This document shows positions 31,414 to 32,000 of a DNA stretch of 32,000 nt, piece by piece. The notes under the pieces were generated by a model. The model did no database searches, had not been told where the DNA came from, and was given only the letters and a program-made list of their open reading frames with translations. The number at the start of each line of letters is the position of its first letter. Within the stretch, counting starts at the first letter, position 1. The stretch is taken from positions 1,740,001-1,772,000 of the forward strand of contig NC_006576.1 of assembly GCF_000010065.1 (NCBI RefSeq), read 5' to 3'. Position numbers and translations under genes: made by a program. This DNA is from Synechococcus elongatus PCC 6301 (lineage in GTDB: Bacteria; Cyanobacteriota; Cyanobacteriia; Synechococcales; Synechococcaceae).

Positions 31414-32000
31414 TTGACTCGTCGATATCTGTTCACCTCGGAATCGGTGACCGAGGGCCATCCTGACAAAATTTGTGACCAAATCTCGGATACGATTCTC
31501 GACGCTCTGCTGACGGAAGACCCCAGTAGCCGCGTTGCTGCTGAGGTAGTCGTCAACACCGGCTTGGTCTTGATTACAGGTGAAGTATCGACCCAAGCGC
31601 AGACCAACCTGATTGACCTTGCCCGTCGCAAAATTGCTGAGACTGGCTACACCGGCGAAGACAGTGGCTTTGGCGCCAATAACTGTACGGTCTTGATTGC
31701 TCTCGATAAGCAGTCGCCTGACATCGCTCAAGGCGTCGATACGGCCCAAGAACAGCGTCAGGCTTCGAGCGATGAACGCTTTGACAGCATTGGAGCCGGT
31801 GACCAAGGCATCATGTTTGGCTATGCCTGCAACGAAGCGCCGGAGCTGATGCCGCTGCCGATCAGCCTTTCGCACCGTTTGGCACGTCAGTTGGCGGTGG
31901 TTCGCCACAATGGCCAGCTCGACTATCTGCGACCGGACGGCAAAACCCAAGTCACGATCGCTTATGAAGATGGCAAGCCCGTCGCGATCGACACGATCTT
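31414..32000 (+). CDS. metK: S-adenosylmethionine synthase, N-terminal part (runs off window)
   Basis: From TTG 31414: (M)[59 protein letters not shown]... and [24 protein letters not shown]. Not in the ORF track because there is no ATG start. Confidence 0.95.
   Translation, partial: MTRRYLFTSESVTEGHPDKICDQISDTILDALLTEDPSSRVAAEVVVNTGLVLITGEVSTQAQTNLIDLARRKIAETGYTGEDSGFGANNCTVLIALDKQSPDIAQGVDTAQEQRQASSDERFDSIGAGDQGIMFGYACNEAPELMPLPISLSHRLARQLAVVRHNGQLDYLRPDGKTQVTIAYEDGKPVAIDTI

Overview
This window is a cyanobacterial chromosome segment. The frequent HIP1 octamer GCGATCGC and the gene content fit Synechococcus elongatus (PCC 7942/6301 group); that assignment is my inference. Most of it is core genome: a branched-chain/neutral amino-acid ABC transporter operon (end of binding protein, livH, livM, livG, livF), gyrB, miaA, ndhO, a psb28-type gene, a SulA/TIGR01777-type epimerase, argH, a GAF + PP2C (SpoIIE-type) phosphatase, ftsY, nusB, a DUF502 protein, an HpsJ-like protein, dnaK (dnaK2-type) with a clear terminator, aroE, an OmpR-type regulator, a DUF6761-like protein, nanE and the 5' part of metK (TTG start). 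The accessory highlight is about 8479-16409, an AT-richer, HIP1-poor locus of type IV pilin/pseudopilin-like proteins. It holds two divergent tandem copies of a three-gene cassette: a large GspK/PilX-like protein without Glu5, a PilV/GspI-like protein and a PilW/GspJ-like protein. A Fe(II)/2-oxoglutarate dioxygenase of the prolyl-4-hydroxylase type and a convergent GspH/FimT-type gene follow. The last PilW-like protein has a Pro/Ser/Thr linker, built from 54-nt tandem repeats, plus an extra C-terminal domain absent from its paralogue. A prolyl hydroxylase beside a proline-rich pilin-like protein is the most interesting system-level hypothesis here. From memory and unverified, pilin-like genes in this part of the S. 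elongatus genome have been tied to natural transformation, so parts of the locus may already be described. Other notes: an OmpR-type regulator whose receiver lacks the phospho-acceptor Asp, paired stem-loops between livF and gyrB, and an untracked 53-aa membrane ORF upstream of argH.
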